Below are positions 12,256 through 27,394 of a stretch of DNA of 64,000 nucleotides, piece by piece. The translations under genes were made by a program, and so were the position numbers. The notes under the pieces were generated by a model. The model did not search any database and was not told the DNA's origin. It worked only from the letters and a program-made list of their open reading frames with translations. The stretch lies in the NCBI GenBank assembly GCA_026026165.1, contig JAPEUD010000033.1:62001-126000 (forward strand). Reading direction: 5' to 3'. The stretch comes from Sarea resinae. Lineage: Eukaryota. Each line of letters starts with the position of its first letter. Positions within the stretch are counted from its first letter, which is position 1.

Positions 12256-14311
12256 ATGCCTCTCAACGCAAGTGCAATCTTTCCGGCTACGGACCCGGAA
12301 TTTATAACCTACGCCAGCAGGCGTAGTGTTGTTCATAGCACCAAAGGCATCGTAGCATGCACTCAACCTCTGGCAGCCCAAGCCGGAGCGAGGGTCCTGG
12401 GCGAAGGAGGAAACGCGGCGGTGAGAATGCGACGAGAAGTTAGATCAAGCTATAAGAGCTAATTCGAACAACAGGACGCAGCTGTAGCAGTGGGTTCGTT
12501 CACATTCTTTGGCCCTTTCGTTATACCGAAACTGACAGTATCTCTGCAGCTGCTGCATTGAACATGACGGAGCCATCATCAACTGGTATCGGTGGGGATA
12601 TGTTTGCCTTATTCTATGAGGCCCGTACAAAGGTTGTCCATGCTCTCAATGGGTCGGGACGATCTGCTGCAGACATTTCACTGGACCTGATCCGCAAGGA
12701 TCTTGGCATTCCAGAAGGGATCGTTGGGCGGATCCCAATGTCAAGTGTCCATGCCGTGACAACTCCAGGTGCGGCAGCTGGCTGGGTGGACACGGTTGAG
12801 AGATTTGGAAGCGGAAAAGTCTCATTAGAGCAGATACTTGCCCCAGCAATTGAACTCGGAGAAGAGGGGTTCCCTGTTTCCGAATTGTCTTCAACATTCG
12901 TATGTATATCGAAGGGAGATTGGCTCCGGAACAAGACTAATTTCGTTCTAATAAGTGGCGCGCCGGCGAACAAGCAATTCGGGACGCCTCTCCAAATTTT
13001 GCTGAACTCCTCAAACCCGACGCCAGCGCCAAAAATGGGGTGCGAGCACCGAGACCCGGTGAGCTTTTTAAAAATACGAAACTTGCCAACACGTTCAGAT
13101 TACTAGCCAAACACGGAAAATCGGGCTTTTACGAAGGACCAGTAGCTGAATCGCTAATCAAAGTGGTCAAAGACCTGGGCGGGCATCTGACTTTGGAAGA
13201 CTTAAAGTATCATGCCAAGCTGGGTAGTGAAGAAGTTGAAGCCATATCTCTCAAATTTGACCCCCGGGAAGTTGAATCCCCCCACGGTGTTGCTGTCGAT
13301 GGCCAGCAAAAGCACGGTACGGAAGATTCGACTGTCGAGGTCTGGGAGCATCCACCGAATGGCCAAGGCATCGTCGCCTTGATGGCACTGGGAATTATAG
13401 AGGAACTAGAGCGGACCGGCAGAATAAAGAAATTTCATGAAGAGGAACACAACTGCGCCGAGTCCGCTTCTCTATTTCCGAAAGTTTTGGTTGAATCTAT
13501 TGGCTAACACTGGCGAAGATATCTTCATGTCGTGATCGAGGCTCTCCGTATCGCTTTCGCCGACGCAAATTGGTGGGTTACGGATCCAAAAGTTGAAAAA
13601 GTCCCAACCCAGGAGATGATCTCCAGACCCTACTTGGCTGAACGTGCGAAACTCTTTGATCGAAGAAAAGCCTCTGATATTATCCATCATGGCTCCCCGG
13701 CCCATAACCATTGCGATACAGTTTATTTTTCCGTGACCGATAAAGACGGCAACGGAATGTCCTTTATCAATAGCAACTACGGGGGCTTTGGCACCGCTAT
13801 CATCCCACGAGGCTGCGGCTTCACTCTGCAGAATCGAGGTGCCAATTTCGTCCTTGTGGAAGATCATCCCAACGTCCTCGGCCCCAGAAAACGCCCCTAC
13901 CATACCATCATTCCTGGTATGGTCACGAATCCTTCCGACGGAAGTCTACACTCTGTCTTTGGTGTCATGGGTGGCTTCATGCAGCCGCAAGGCCACGTGC
14001 AAGTCCTGCTCAACATGCTGGTCTTCAAACTCACCCCGCAGGCGGCGCTCGATGCGCCCCGTGTCTGCATTGGTGCGGGGACGCCAGAGCAAGGTAAGGT
14101 GCTTGACCGTACTGTTTACCTCGAGGATGGCATCGACGAGGGAGTAGCAGAACAGTTGCGGACTCTGGGCCATGACGTGGAAATTGTCAAGGGCTTTCGA
14201 CGGGGAATTTTTGGTAGAGGACAGATCATTAGAGCGCATATGGAAGATGGCAGACACGTCTATAGTGCTGGGAGTGACCCTAGAGGCGATGGAGCTGCTA
14301 TTCCAGTCTAG
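12256..14311 (+). CDS. Gamma-glutamyltranspeptidase family protein (Ntn hydrolase), 5 exons
   Basis: GGNAA|DAAVAV; EPSSTGIGGD; LNGSGRS; PPNGQG; HCDTVYFSVTD (catalytic Thr); TLQNRG; KRPYHTIIP; GVMGGFMQPQGH; GSDPRGDG. Confidence 0.92.
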
Positions 14312-15585
14312 GTTATGAGCTAGAACTCCTCTTCTTCCTTGGATCTATCAAAGGCCCATGACAATCTACAACAGAAGTGGACCTTGAATCCAAATGGCCA
14401 GCGGCCCAAGGGAAAAAGACTATGACGAATCAACGATGTTCAACTCGACCGTAGAGTACTAAATTTAATGAATATTCGTCTTTATTGCAGAACAAAGGGG
14501 ACCGATATTCGCCGCCGCATGCCGTGTGCTATGCTTTTGATCCTTTGAGATCTCAGGGGCACAAAGAAAAAGGCAAAAGTGTCACTAGTCACTAGTGGGC
14601 CGTTCACGTGGGGACTCACTACCTACCTACCTTAGATAAGGAGTGCACTTATTACCTTCCTCACCAATGCACACAGGACATAATATACGGCGCTTAATTG
14701 GAACTCATTGCTGATTGCGAGGTCATGTGGATCCCTTCCGGATTCTTTGCCTTGAAAGCCTTTTAAATGGGAGAAAGGCGGCAAGGGGAGATTCGACTAG
14801 GTGAAAGGAGAGAACGGGCCGACCCGACACTGTGGATTTTAATGTGGCAAGGTGGGTATGGCGAGGTAACAATCAATTTAGGGCTGTCTGTCCGACTGTC
14901 CGTTCCGATGGGTCTGCGGAGTATGCGCTGACAATGAGGTGCAAATCCCAAGGTATCGTCTGTGGATCCAGAACCGAGAGGGGTAGGTAGGTAAGGTGGG
15001 TAGGCAAGAATGGCAAGAGCGTGATATGAGAGTAGATTAATGATGATTACTCGATATCCGAGGTATCATTATTGATGATTGTTCCCTCGTCTATGATCAT
15101 GTCTCGAACCGTCCGAATTGGTCATCCTATTGATCGATGGTGGTGGTTCGTTCTTATTTTGATCATGTTTTCGCCCATACTGACCCCACCATTTCACACC
15201 ATCTTGCCCACATCACCCAGTAAAATGCGCGAAGTCGCATACATGAGGTAGGGTAGGCAAGATACTAAGTTACCTACCTCTAGGTAGGCAGCACTCCGTA
15301 GTGACTGCCAGCTCCCCTCCCCTCCCCTCCACCTCCCCGTGTCCTCTGCTCTCCAGCACAACCTCCCTCTCCCTCAACCGGAAAGATACCCTAAATCCTC
15401 TGCCAACCAAGATTGAGAGATACCTCGTCACCTCATCTCTCCTTCTACTACACCCTCCCTGCTGTTGCTGTCTCATCCTTTTCACATACGGGCAGGGCAC
15501 ACTCCGCGAGTACGAAGTACTACAAATCCAACCCTCAATTTGAGATACCCGCATCCTTTTCTCATCATCGCATCAAATCAAAGCG

Positions 15586-15610
15586 CATCGCATCGCATCG
15601 CATCGCATCA
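15586..15610. repeat. (CATCG)n microsatellite upstream of the MAP kinase start
   Basis: catcgcatcgcatcgcatcgcatca read directly. Confidence 0.85.
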
Positions 15611-15847
15611 TACACGCTCGCTCGTCCACTTTCTACGCCTGTAGACCAGGGGTGGAAAGCCACTGTCGCCGCGTGCATCCCGATTCCTTTCACCGTTCTG
15701 GCTCTTTGTTCGATCGTCTAGATCTGTCGAGTCTCGCGCTTAGCCTTCGAGCATCTCACCAAGGATACCACGCTACGACAGCATTGCAATTGTCATAAAG
15801 GCATCGTACTGCCTCGCAGTTACCCCAACACAATCGCCATCAGAGTC

Positions 15848-17420
<1,573 letters not shown>

Positions 17421-17593
17421 GTCCGATCAGTCTGACAATTGCTTGATCTGAATGTCCGGGCATATTGGGGGGCGGTACAGGGGGTGAGACTGCTGGCAGT
17501 ATGTAGAAGGCGATGAACGTCTTATGCGCTCTCTCGTACCGCTTCCCGTTCTTCTTGAGGGTAATGAAGAGGGCGGGCCAACTGTCGACGGTA

Positions 17594-17667
17594 GAGGGAG
17601 AGGGAGAAGGAGAGGGAGAAGGAGAGGGAGAAGGAGAGGGAGAAGGAGAGGGAGAAGGAGAGGGAGG
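17594..17667. repeat. Pure-purine tandem repeat (GAGGGAGAAGGA)n, about 6 units
   Basis: Read directly. It produces the spurious (GE)n and (SP)n ORFs in the track. Confidence 0.95.
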
Positions 17668-18204
17668 ATTGACCATGCGATGGGATAAGACGAGGTGCTA
17701 TGGCACCAGCATTAACAACACTGAATGGGTGGGACCGCGGTATGACAGATGGTATTTTTGCTCCTTCTATATTTAGCCATCTAGGTATTTTTCGATATGT
17801 GGCTCTCTATCGCTCCATTTCACATCATATCACACCATCTTAGGTCATAGTATATTGTCTTAGATCGCAACCTTCTCGAGGCTCGGAAACATGTCTGTCA
17901 ATTATCCAGTGACCTGAAACTGTGAAAGTAGAGGGATTGAAGAAGGGCCAGAGAGACGAGCTTTCATTATTCCTGTTGGTCTATCCCGTTATACTGTCTG
18001 AGGTGTTCAGGGTAAGTGTTTGTAGATATGAAGAGAAAAGCGGAGGGAGGGAGAATAGTAGTAGTATCCATCAATGCATCTTCATATGTGCTTGCTTTGC
18101 TGTGCTATCTATAGATGGGATTGTTCTCGAAGGGTATTGGACGCGTTTTTGATAACGCAGGTCTAGAAAACACATTGAATGAAAAGTATACGAGAGAGAG
18201 ATAT

Positions 18205-19357
18205 CTATATCTTCGCTCCGCCCGGGTTTATGGTGGGGCGGAGGTCAGGAGCGGGGCGGGGGCTCGATAAACATTCGATGATGAATCTGACCGCCGCCTG
18301 TGCCATTTGAGGAGTTGTCTCGTGTCCTACACCATCGTAGACAATATCCTCTATGCTCAGCCCGCCCTCCCTGAACCAGCCAGCGTTGGCCTCTTTGAGA
18401 TAGCTCAGGAACGGCGCCGAACACATATACGGCACTAGTTTGTCTGCGCCACCTGAGAGCACCAACATGCGTTTGTTACTGAGATGGTGGGAAATGCGCT
18501 CGCGCCTCGTTGCAGAGGGTGAGGCGTGACAAGGGGCAGTAGTGTTAGATTCCGGCCCTGGCGGCGGCGGATGATCCGAGAGTAAACTCCCAGTCAGAAG
18601 ACTCGAAGGATCAGATTCCCTTACAGCATCCACTAGACCCGGTGGAAAGTCCTGGGAGCCGAAGAACGTGGTCCCCGGGGGTTTGGAGGTATTGAAGGAG
18701 GGTCTTTTCGATTTTTCGGCGCGCTGCAACATCAGACGCGGGAAGTCTGGACATCCGATTATTATTATGGCAGAGGTGAAGCGCGGGGAGAGGAGGAGCG
18801 TTTGATAGGCTGAGTGCCCGCCTAAAGATATGCCGAGTACGAGATTGCGGGTTAGATTGTGCTGGGGCGGGTTAGTGTGAGGGAATATGTAGGCTGAGAG
18901 GTGTGTTAATAGGTGAAGGGTGTCGAGCGCTGTGCCATCTGTGAGATGAGGGTATCAGTATGAGTTGAGGAGAGTGAGGGGGGCGGAGAGACAGACGGTA
19001 GATCGAAAACATATCCTGTGCATGTCTCGGATTACCAGATCGCCATGCTTCGTTCGCCAGAGGATCGACCTCTCTTGAGCCATGATTGCGCTGGTCAAAG
19101 GACACGGCTATAAGGCCCTCAGGTTGAGCAGGATTGGCATTTTTCAGATGCTCGTTCCACGAACTCACCGCAGCATTGGCAAGCCCTTCCATGTAGGCTT
19201 GTGTCTTGAGACGTGGATGCTGCAGCCAGAGACAAGCTACGTTGGGGGTGGCCGAGGAGAGCTCGTCGAGGCCGTAGACAGTGGTGAGGATGCCGGCGAT
19301 TGAGAAGACGTTCTTGGAGACGGGGGGAGGCGGAGAGGGGAACATTTTGGAAGCCAT
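18205..19357 (-). CDS. Alpha/beta-hydrolase fold protein, 2 exons
   Basis: FDQRNHGSR; nucleophile elbow VLGISLGGHS read at about 18810-18840; SGGADKLVP (Asp); DGVGHE (His). Intron at about 18941-18998. Confidence 0.85.
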
Positions 19358-20160
19358 CGTCGATTGTCGTTGATCTAGTGCCGAGCAGATGAGGGGTCAA
19401 TGGTGGGAAATGTTGACATGATCCGTCGAAGTCATGGCGGAGAAGCATCCATTGCGAGGTTATCGGTGTTATCGATAACTTATGAGGGGACGGAGATTGC
19501 CGTCAACAGCTTGTACGGAGTACGGAGTACCCTCGTACGGAGAACTGTGTACTCCGTACGGCAGTGCCATGCCGATTGATTATTGATAATCTCTACCGAG
19601 AGTGATATTACTGTAGTATGTAGTATATTGCAGGTACTTCCCCTTGTATCTTTCATGGCCGAAGTTGGACAACGAACAACAAGCTGGAACCGCTAGCACC
19701 GTCGCACTGCATTACTGCATTACCAGTCCAAACCATACTGGGCAGAGATCAGTCGAGCTTCTGGGTTCCATCCATTATTCTGCCCATCATCTCTCCAGAC
19801 CAACATAACAACAGTACTGCGGTCTTGCAGGAGCTGGTGCCCTTGGTCTCAATCTCCCTTTCAAAGATCGACGTCTTCGAGGGTCGAAACTCGCAGGGTT
19901 GCAGGTGCCTCGAATCTTCGTGTTATTATATTAGTCTCGGATCATCGACTGACCGACGTGTTACCGCAATTCCAAATTACTTGGCATCCATGTTTGGGAA
20001 GGCCGCCGACGAGCTTCTTTCGTGAGAGCTAGAGACGGCTGCATTGTTCGCTCTCGAGAGGACTTTTCGACAAGTACTTCACAGCCACGAACCAGCCTTC
20101 CTCAGATGTGGTGATACACCCAATACGGACATCGAAGAGACGGGCGGCAGCTGTCAGTGC

Positions 20161-20184
20161 TGTGTGTGTGTGCGTGTGTGTGTG
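20161..20184. repeat. (TG)n microsatellite about 60 nt upstream of the PLD start
   Basis: tgtgtgtgtgtgcgtgtgtgtgtg. Confidence 0.85.
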
Positions 20185-20243
20185 AGACTCGAGGAGACAC
20201 ACCTCAGCTTGGCTCCCAGTCTGTCAGTTGAACGTCTACCGCC

Positions 20244-23200
20244 ATGGCCGATGGAAGGGTGGCGAGCATATCACCCATGACACGCAGTCCAGTCTCTGAA
20301 TCACCAAATGGGACAGCAATTGACGGCGAAGCAAATCATGCAGGCCACAAAGCGGCTGCATTCGCATCTCCACTTAGCACCGAGCAGCCAATCACTGGCG
20401 ATGGAGCAACAAATGGTGATGTTCCTCGACCTGCGACTGCTGGATCTGTCCAGTTCGCCGCTGGCACGATCATATCACCGTCACCAAAGCCTGATAGTTT
20501 CACTGGGAGAGAGCCTTCACGGCCAGGGTCTATGGATGGTGCTGCAGAATCGGTGAAAGGAAAAGCAAATGCTACTGGAAACACTACCCCTCAAGGCCGT
20601 CGAAGTGTGCAGTTCGTGCGTCGTGCTAACACGGATAATGCCGAGCTGCCCGACACAAGTTCGAGGCCGTGGGACCTGGACGATGGTGAGGCGCAAGGCA
20701 AGGAGCGAAAAGGTAGCACTTTGTTATCGAAGCTTCGGGCTCTCGCTGGACCTAGCATGCTTCAGAGTCACGGAAGGAGCCAAAGTGGATTCACGATTGG
20801 AAGTGCATTCGATGAGCACATCCCCAACGAGCCTCTCTCGACGGCGTCTGAAGGAGAGGAGCTTGAACGTGCGCATACGCTGGGAGAAGAGGCGTACGAA
20901 GGCGATGATGATGCGGATGCGGATGCAGATGCCGAAGATAGTTCTGGTGAGGGCGCCACAGATCAATCAACGTCCCGGAGAAAAAGAAGGCGGAGCAGAA
21001 GGCCATTGGATGGCGGACCCCAGACCGCACCTACGACGCCGAAAACACCTCTTTCACCCGAAGGGTACCACGCCAGGAATTTATCGTTCACTTCGACGCC
21101 GTCTGAAACGCACATGTCGCACTACCTGCGAAGACGGGCGACCATGACTGATATCCCAGAACGACAGGGTGTCTCAGAAGACGAAGGCCGAGATCGACTT
21201 GGTTTGGAGAGTGCATGGAGGCGAGGGAGCGCATGGGTTCATTCTGGGCGTGGTTCCAGTTATGTCGGCAGTCGACAGCCCGGACAAGAATCCCCCGAAG
21301 CTAGGAGGCCGAGCAATATCAGACGATTCACTGGATTTGGGTCCTACGCAGGCGCGCATGATGAGTCGCCCTCGCCATGGCGACATCGAGGAGAACGAAC
21401 TTCCAGCGTTAGCGCCCAAAAGTGGCGGCAGTTGAAGGCCGGATTGAAGATGCTCGGACAACGGAGGAAGGAAGAGAATAAGATTGATAATGCCAAATCT
21501 GCGGAACTGCTTGCAGAGTTGACCGCTGGAGTTCCAGCTGCTCTCATTCTTGCCAGTACCTTCCAGAGGGATGAACACGGCCACAAAAAGATACCTGTCC
21601 TGCTCGAACAGCTGAAGCTTCGAGTTACGGATAGCAAGAAGACCGAGTTCAGGACTGGGGACAAGCATATGATCTTTCGAATCGAGTTGGAATATGGGAG
21701 TGGACTCACGCGCATGAGATGGGTAATCCACCGGGCACTGAGAGATTTTGCAAATCTACACGTCAGATACAAGCTCCAAGGTAGTACAGAAAAGTATATC
21801 CAATTCAAGGAAGATGCAAGTCGAGCTAAGCTTCCTCGATTCCCGCGAGGGGCCTTTCCTTATCTCAGGGGAGTGCGAGGTCTTGGCAGTGATGAAGAAG
21901 ACGAGGAGACTATCAACGAGGACCAGACGGGTGGAGGGGGAAGTGGGCCCGAAAAATCCGGAAAGCGCAAGAAGCGTCGGCCTTCGATGAAAATGAAACG
22001 ACGGGTGTCCAGTTTTGCTGGTCCGCAGGATGGCGATATTACTCCTGGCATCGCTGGTGCGGGTCAGGCGTCGGGTTCACTCGTTACCACCGGCGCAAGT
22101 AAAGGCTCATATCCCGAACGTCAACGAAAGAAGCTGGAGTCGTATTTGCAGAACATGATCCGATATCTCATATTCCGTGCCGACAGCAATCGCCTGTGCA
22201 AATTCTTAGAGCTTTCCGCGCTTGGGATCCGGCTTGCCGCAGAAGGAGGGTATCATGGCAAAGAAGGGTACCTCGTCATACAATCTAACAAGGGACTTGA
22301 CTTCAGGAGGGCCTGGACCCCATCACTTGCTTCACGCAGACACTGGCCAAAATGGTTCCTTGTTCGGCACAGCTATGTCGTCTGTATTGACTCTCCAGAG
22401 GAGATGAATATCTATGATGTCTTCTTGGTGGATTCGGATTTTAGCATACAGCCAAAGAAGAAGCGCCTTCGAGATCAGAAAGCCAAAGATATTGCTAAGA
22501 CGGCAAAAGATTCAGCAGCACATCCACAACACCACATGCTGAGACTGTCTAATTCCGAACGAAAGTTGAAGCTGTTGGCCAAGAATGAACGCCAGCTTTA
22601 TCAGTTTGAAGAGTCGATCAAGTTCATGTCCTCCAATACCATTTGGTCCAGGAAGAACCGCTTCGATAGTTTTGCCCCTGTCCGAACCGGTGTCTTTGCG
22701 CAATGGCTCGTTGATGGCAGAGACTACATGTGGAATGTCTCTCGAGCGATCAGCATGGCTCGGGATGTAATTTACATCCATGACTGGTGGCTCAGTCCGG
22801 AACTATACATGCGTCGACCTGCGGCTATCAGCCAGAAATGGAGAATAGATCGACTACTACAACGAAAGGCGCAAGAAGGCGTCAAGGTTTTTGTGATTAT
22901 GTATCGAAACATCAACTCGGCTATTCCGATTGACTCCGAATACACGAAATTCTCTCTCCTTGACTTGCATCCCAACGTTTTCGTCCAGCGGTCCCCCAAC
23001 CAGTTCCGACAGAATACTTTCTTCTGGGCTCATCACGAGAAGATATGCATCGTCGATCATACGGTAGCATTCGTTGGTGGCATTGACCTGTGCTTTGGCC
23101 GATGGGACACACCACAGCATTCTGTCGTCGACGATAAGCTGACCGGATTCGAGTTGTCGGACGTACCAAAAGATGCCGATCATTGCCAGTTATGGCCCGG

Positions 23201-26017
23201 GAAAGACTATTCAAACCCCAGAGTGCAGGATTTCTATGCGCTCGATAAACCCTACGAAGAGATGTACGATCGAACAAAGATTCCGCGGATGCCGTGGCAC
23301 GACATCTCTATGCAAATTGTCGGCCAGCCCGCGCGCGATTTGACAAGGCATTTTGTTCAGCGCTGGAACTATATCCTTCGGCAGAGGAAGCCAACTCGAC
23401 CGACACCTTTCTTGCTTCCTCCGCCCGACTTTAATCCGGCTGACCTGGAAGCGTTGGGACTGGACGGCACATGTGAAATCCAGATCCTACGTTCGTGCTG
23501 CTGGTGGTCGATGGGTACCCCGGACAAGACGGAGCACAGCATTATGAATGCTTACATCAAGTCAATCGAGCAGTCGGAGCACTTTGTCTACATTGAAAAC
23601 CAGTTCTTTGTTAGCAGTTGCGAGGTTGAAGGCACGCGAATTGAAAACCTGATTGGTGATGCTTTGGTGGAACGTATAGTCCGAGCGCATCGCAACATTG
23701 AAGATTGGCGCGCAGTCATCGTCATACCGCTAATGCCTGGCTTCCAAAACACTGTGGACAGCCAGGACGGAACAAGCGTGCGTCTTATCATGCAATGCCA
23801 ATATCGCTCCATCTGTCGTGGAGAGTCGTCCATCTTTGGCCGCTTGCGAAGCCAGGGCATTGATCCAGAGGACTATATACAGTTCTACAGTTTGAGGTCC
23901 TGGGGAAAGATTGGGCCGAAAAAGCAGCTCGTCACGGAACAGCTGTATATTCATGCCAAGTGTATGGTTGTGGACGACCGTGTTGCGATTATCGGCTCTG
24001 CAAACATTAACGAGCGGTCTATGCTGGGTTCGAGGGACTCGGAATGTGCGGCAGTTGTTCGAGATACTGACATGCTCTGGTCAACAATGAATGGTGAGCC
24101 ATATCTTGTTGGACGCTTCCCACATACACTTAGGATGCGGCTCATGAGGGAGCACCTTGGCTTGGACGTCGATGAAATCATGGAGGAGGAGAGACGAGAG
24201 CAAGCAGCTCAACATGGAGAACATTGGGAGGGTGGTTTGGATGGCACTCTTGACGACGATGGAATTTCATCGGCGCCAGATAGTCCCGTCTCTGACAAAG
24301 AAACAGAAGCCAAACTGCTTCGCTCTAAACATCAGTTGCAAGATGAATTGCTGGCCAAATCGGAGAAGATGTTTAGCTTCAATCACGACGTTGACTGGGA
24401 ACAGGAGAACAATCCCAATCTTTCATCTGGTAAAAAGGTTACGGAAGATTCGAGGGTCATAGGTAACAATGCGCATGCCAATGACGTTGATGGGCTCGGT
24501 GCAGATAAGATGAAAGATCTTGAAGAGACTGGCCTGACTAGAGGACGCGATTCAGCACCGGTCAATACCACTCACGGTTTTCATGAAATCTTAAAGGTCA
24601 GACCTGCTCAAGACAGGAATTCTGTGGAAACTCCCAAAAGCCCCAAATTGACGTCGCCCACACGAAGTGGCCAAGTCCCCGAAGATAAGCTGGATAAGGG
24701 AAATGCGAATTTTCCGCCACCTCGTCTGAGCCGCATGACCACACAAGAACTCGGACTTCCGATGCTTTCTCAACTACCAGCGCTTCCTGCGACCGATGAC
24801 ACCGATATTGGTGGCCCTCCGCCTCAACGTTCATCCTCAGGAGCGGCCGGAGACTTTGTAAATCCGTTGGTGGCAGACATGAAACGACCAATGGTTGATC
24901 CCGATTGCATGAGGGATCCGCTAAACGACTCGTTCTTTCTTGACGTCTGGCACCAGGTCGCAGAAAATAATACTCGGCTGTACCGCCAAGTCTTCCGTTG
25001 TATGCCCGACAACGAGGTGAAGACGTGGAAACAATACAAAGAATACGCGGCCTACTCCGAGAGATTTGCTCAAGCTCAAGGTGGTGGAAAGAATAAAAAG
25101 CAGGCTGCACAGGAGTCTCAAGGCAGGACTGGCCCGCCAGGCGCCTCATCTGTACCAGAGAAGCTAACGACGCTCGGGCCAATCGGCGAGGCCGAAAAGA
25201 AGATTGAGGAACTTGGCGGCAAGTTGCTGGATAAGTCACCCGCTAGAAAGGGCACAATTAGCCCAAAGATGGGCCGCGTGCAAGACTGGGCGGAAGAAGC
25301 GGGTAAAGACCATGCTGAGCGGCAGCTCAAGATGCAGGAGAAGCAAACTTCATCATCGTCCCCCCCGAGAGCCAACGGCAAGGCCGAGATCGTAGACGAA
25401 AAGCAAGCCGAGAAGGAGACAACTGCGGTATCACAGCCACCTCCAGCGCCAACAGTGTCCGATGAGCAACTCTCGGAGTTCCCTTCTCTCAAGTTCGCGA
25501 TTGACGAAGCTGGCGAGGCAGAAAGGGGTCAACGGAAGAATACTATTGACTCTGCGAATTTTAATACTGGTGCGGGCACCACGAGTCAGAGGCGAAGGAG
25601 ACGCGGCACGAGTAGGGGTTCACGGCGCGAGTTTCAAGCTAGTGATGATGTGCTTGACACAAGGGATGCGGAAGATCTGATGAAAATGGTGCAGGGTCAT
25701 TTGGTTGTGTGGCCCTATGAGTGGTATGTTTCTAAATTGTTTTGCTTCCTCTTGATCAAGGTGCTCATCCTTGTCGATGATATGTTCTGTGTTTTGGGTA
25801 TGTGCGAGAACGGTCAAAGCTAATGACCTGTAAAATAACAGGCTTTCCCGAGAAGAACAGGGCGGCAATTGGCTGTACAGTATCGATCAACTGGCCCCAT
25901 TGGAAATTTAGTACGTCCCGAATTCGGTTCACTCTTTTTCTTCCGATCCCTTCCCCCGTAAACATATTCTCCTTTTCTGATATACACTAACCTTTCACTG
26001 AACTGCACAGCAATTAA
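20244..26017 (+). CDS. SPO14: Phospholipase D1 (Spo14/Pld1 type; PX-PH-2xHKD)
   Basis: Two HKD motifs (HHEKICIVD, HAKCMVVD...IIGSANINERS); PRMPWHD; YIENQFF; PX-like and PH-like N-terminal segments. The true C-terminus (WLSREEQGGNWLYSIDQLAPLEIYN) is assembled across two 3' introns, with TAA at 26015-26017. Confidence 0.95.
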
Positions 26018-27146
26018 TTCATGTCCTTCATTCTCCGTTGGATACCTTTTTACACTCGGAAGCCAAAAACGTCATACTCTCACACTAGCTATGATGCAGG
26101 GATATGGCGAGAGGGCGGGTGCTTCTGCGTTTGGTTCAGCTTAGCTTAATTTAGCTTAGCTTACCATGGACTTGCCCATATTGGCTCGACTCTCATTTTT
26201 CCACAAGGTCTTTCACTACCTTTGACGCAGCTGTGCACGACTACACTACACATATGGCTACTCTGACTGCTCCTCGCAATTGCTTCTCCTCGAGTATCTC
26301 AATCTATATAACCTGGCGCAACATCTCATATCATTTTACCGCCCCTCGATCTCTCCCGCTTTTGCCGATTTCTCACTTTCCGCTTTGCCTTTAATTCTGC
26401 TTCTGTTGTGTCTTATCACTCACTTCACTCATCCCTTCTCTCATATATTCTACACGTCCCTCCTCTTCCATATTCCTTTTGTCAAAAGAAGTTACCTTTG
26501 CAAACAAGTATACCATCAGCACAGATCATTGTCCCGTCTGTGCGATATCCCCTCTTCTCTCTCCGCCTTTTCGAGCGTCGCAAAAAGCATAGCAAAGCCT
26601 CGCTGTCTGCCTATCTGTCTGTCTATCAGGTCGCGGTCCCGATCCCGCTTGGAATTCAACCGTCTACCTTACATGTCGTCTCATCTCTACTGTCACATCT
26701 CTTTTTCGGGGGGGAGGGGTCCAGGATTGCCGTTGCGGGCGTTTGGCTTTTTGATTTGCTTTTCTTTGCCTATACTTTCATAGCTATCGTCTCTTGTTCT
26801 TCTTTGAGGCTGTAGATAAGATTATAATCGATGAATTGTTAATCTAGAACGACGATGAACCAACACGATAGTGGCGGGCGGGCAGGAGTGAGCGTCCTCG
26901 AGTGTGTTGTATGATATATCACCATGATCACTGTTCACGTCGACGAGTCAAAGACTAGTAAGTGAGTAGTAGTGTCAGTTCACGGGAAGTCAATAGTCCA
27001 TGATAGATACTTATCCTCGGACACTTGTCAAGCGATGGCTGCGAAGGAACTTGAGGAGACCGATGTCCTCCGATTTTGGAATTTGGAATCCGGATTCTTG
27101 GAAGAATGACATGGTATTTTTGTATTATAGGTACATTTGCTATACT

Positions 27147-27170
27147 TGTGATTGTGATTGTGATTGTGAC
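27147..27170. repeat. (TGTGAT)4 microsatellite
   Basis: tgtgattgtgattgtgattgtgac. Confidence 0.8.
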
Positions 27171-27394
27171 TACTTGAGCTCCGGATATCGAGAGTGGGTA
27201 GGTCGGCGTTGGGGAAAGAGGCTCTGGTGATGGAATTGATAGAACCCTTGAACGATCCACCGTACCGTAACCAACACACTCCCACCGGACCTTCCCACAC
27301 TTCTCCCATCTTCGTTCCTATCCCAGATGTGGGGTGGGGGAGGGGGGGAAGGGGGGAAGGGGCCGGGAAAGAGAGAGAAAGCCAAAAAGATAGA

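Noticed and set aside
26280..26815. 167-aa and 135-aa plus-strand ORFs after PLD
   Set aside because: Leu/Ser/Phe-rich products of a CT-rich 3'-UTR-like tract, with non-ATG starts and no motifs.
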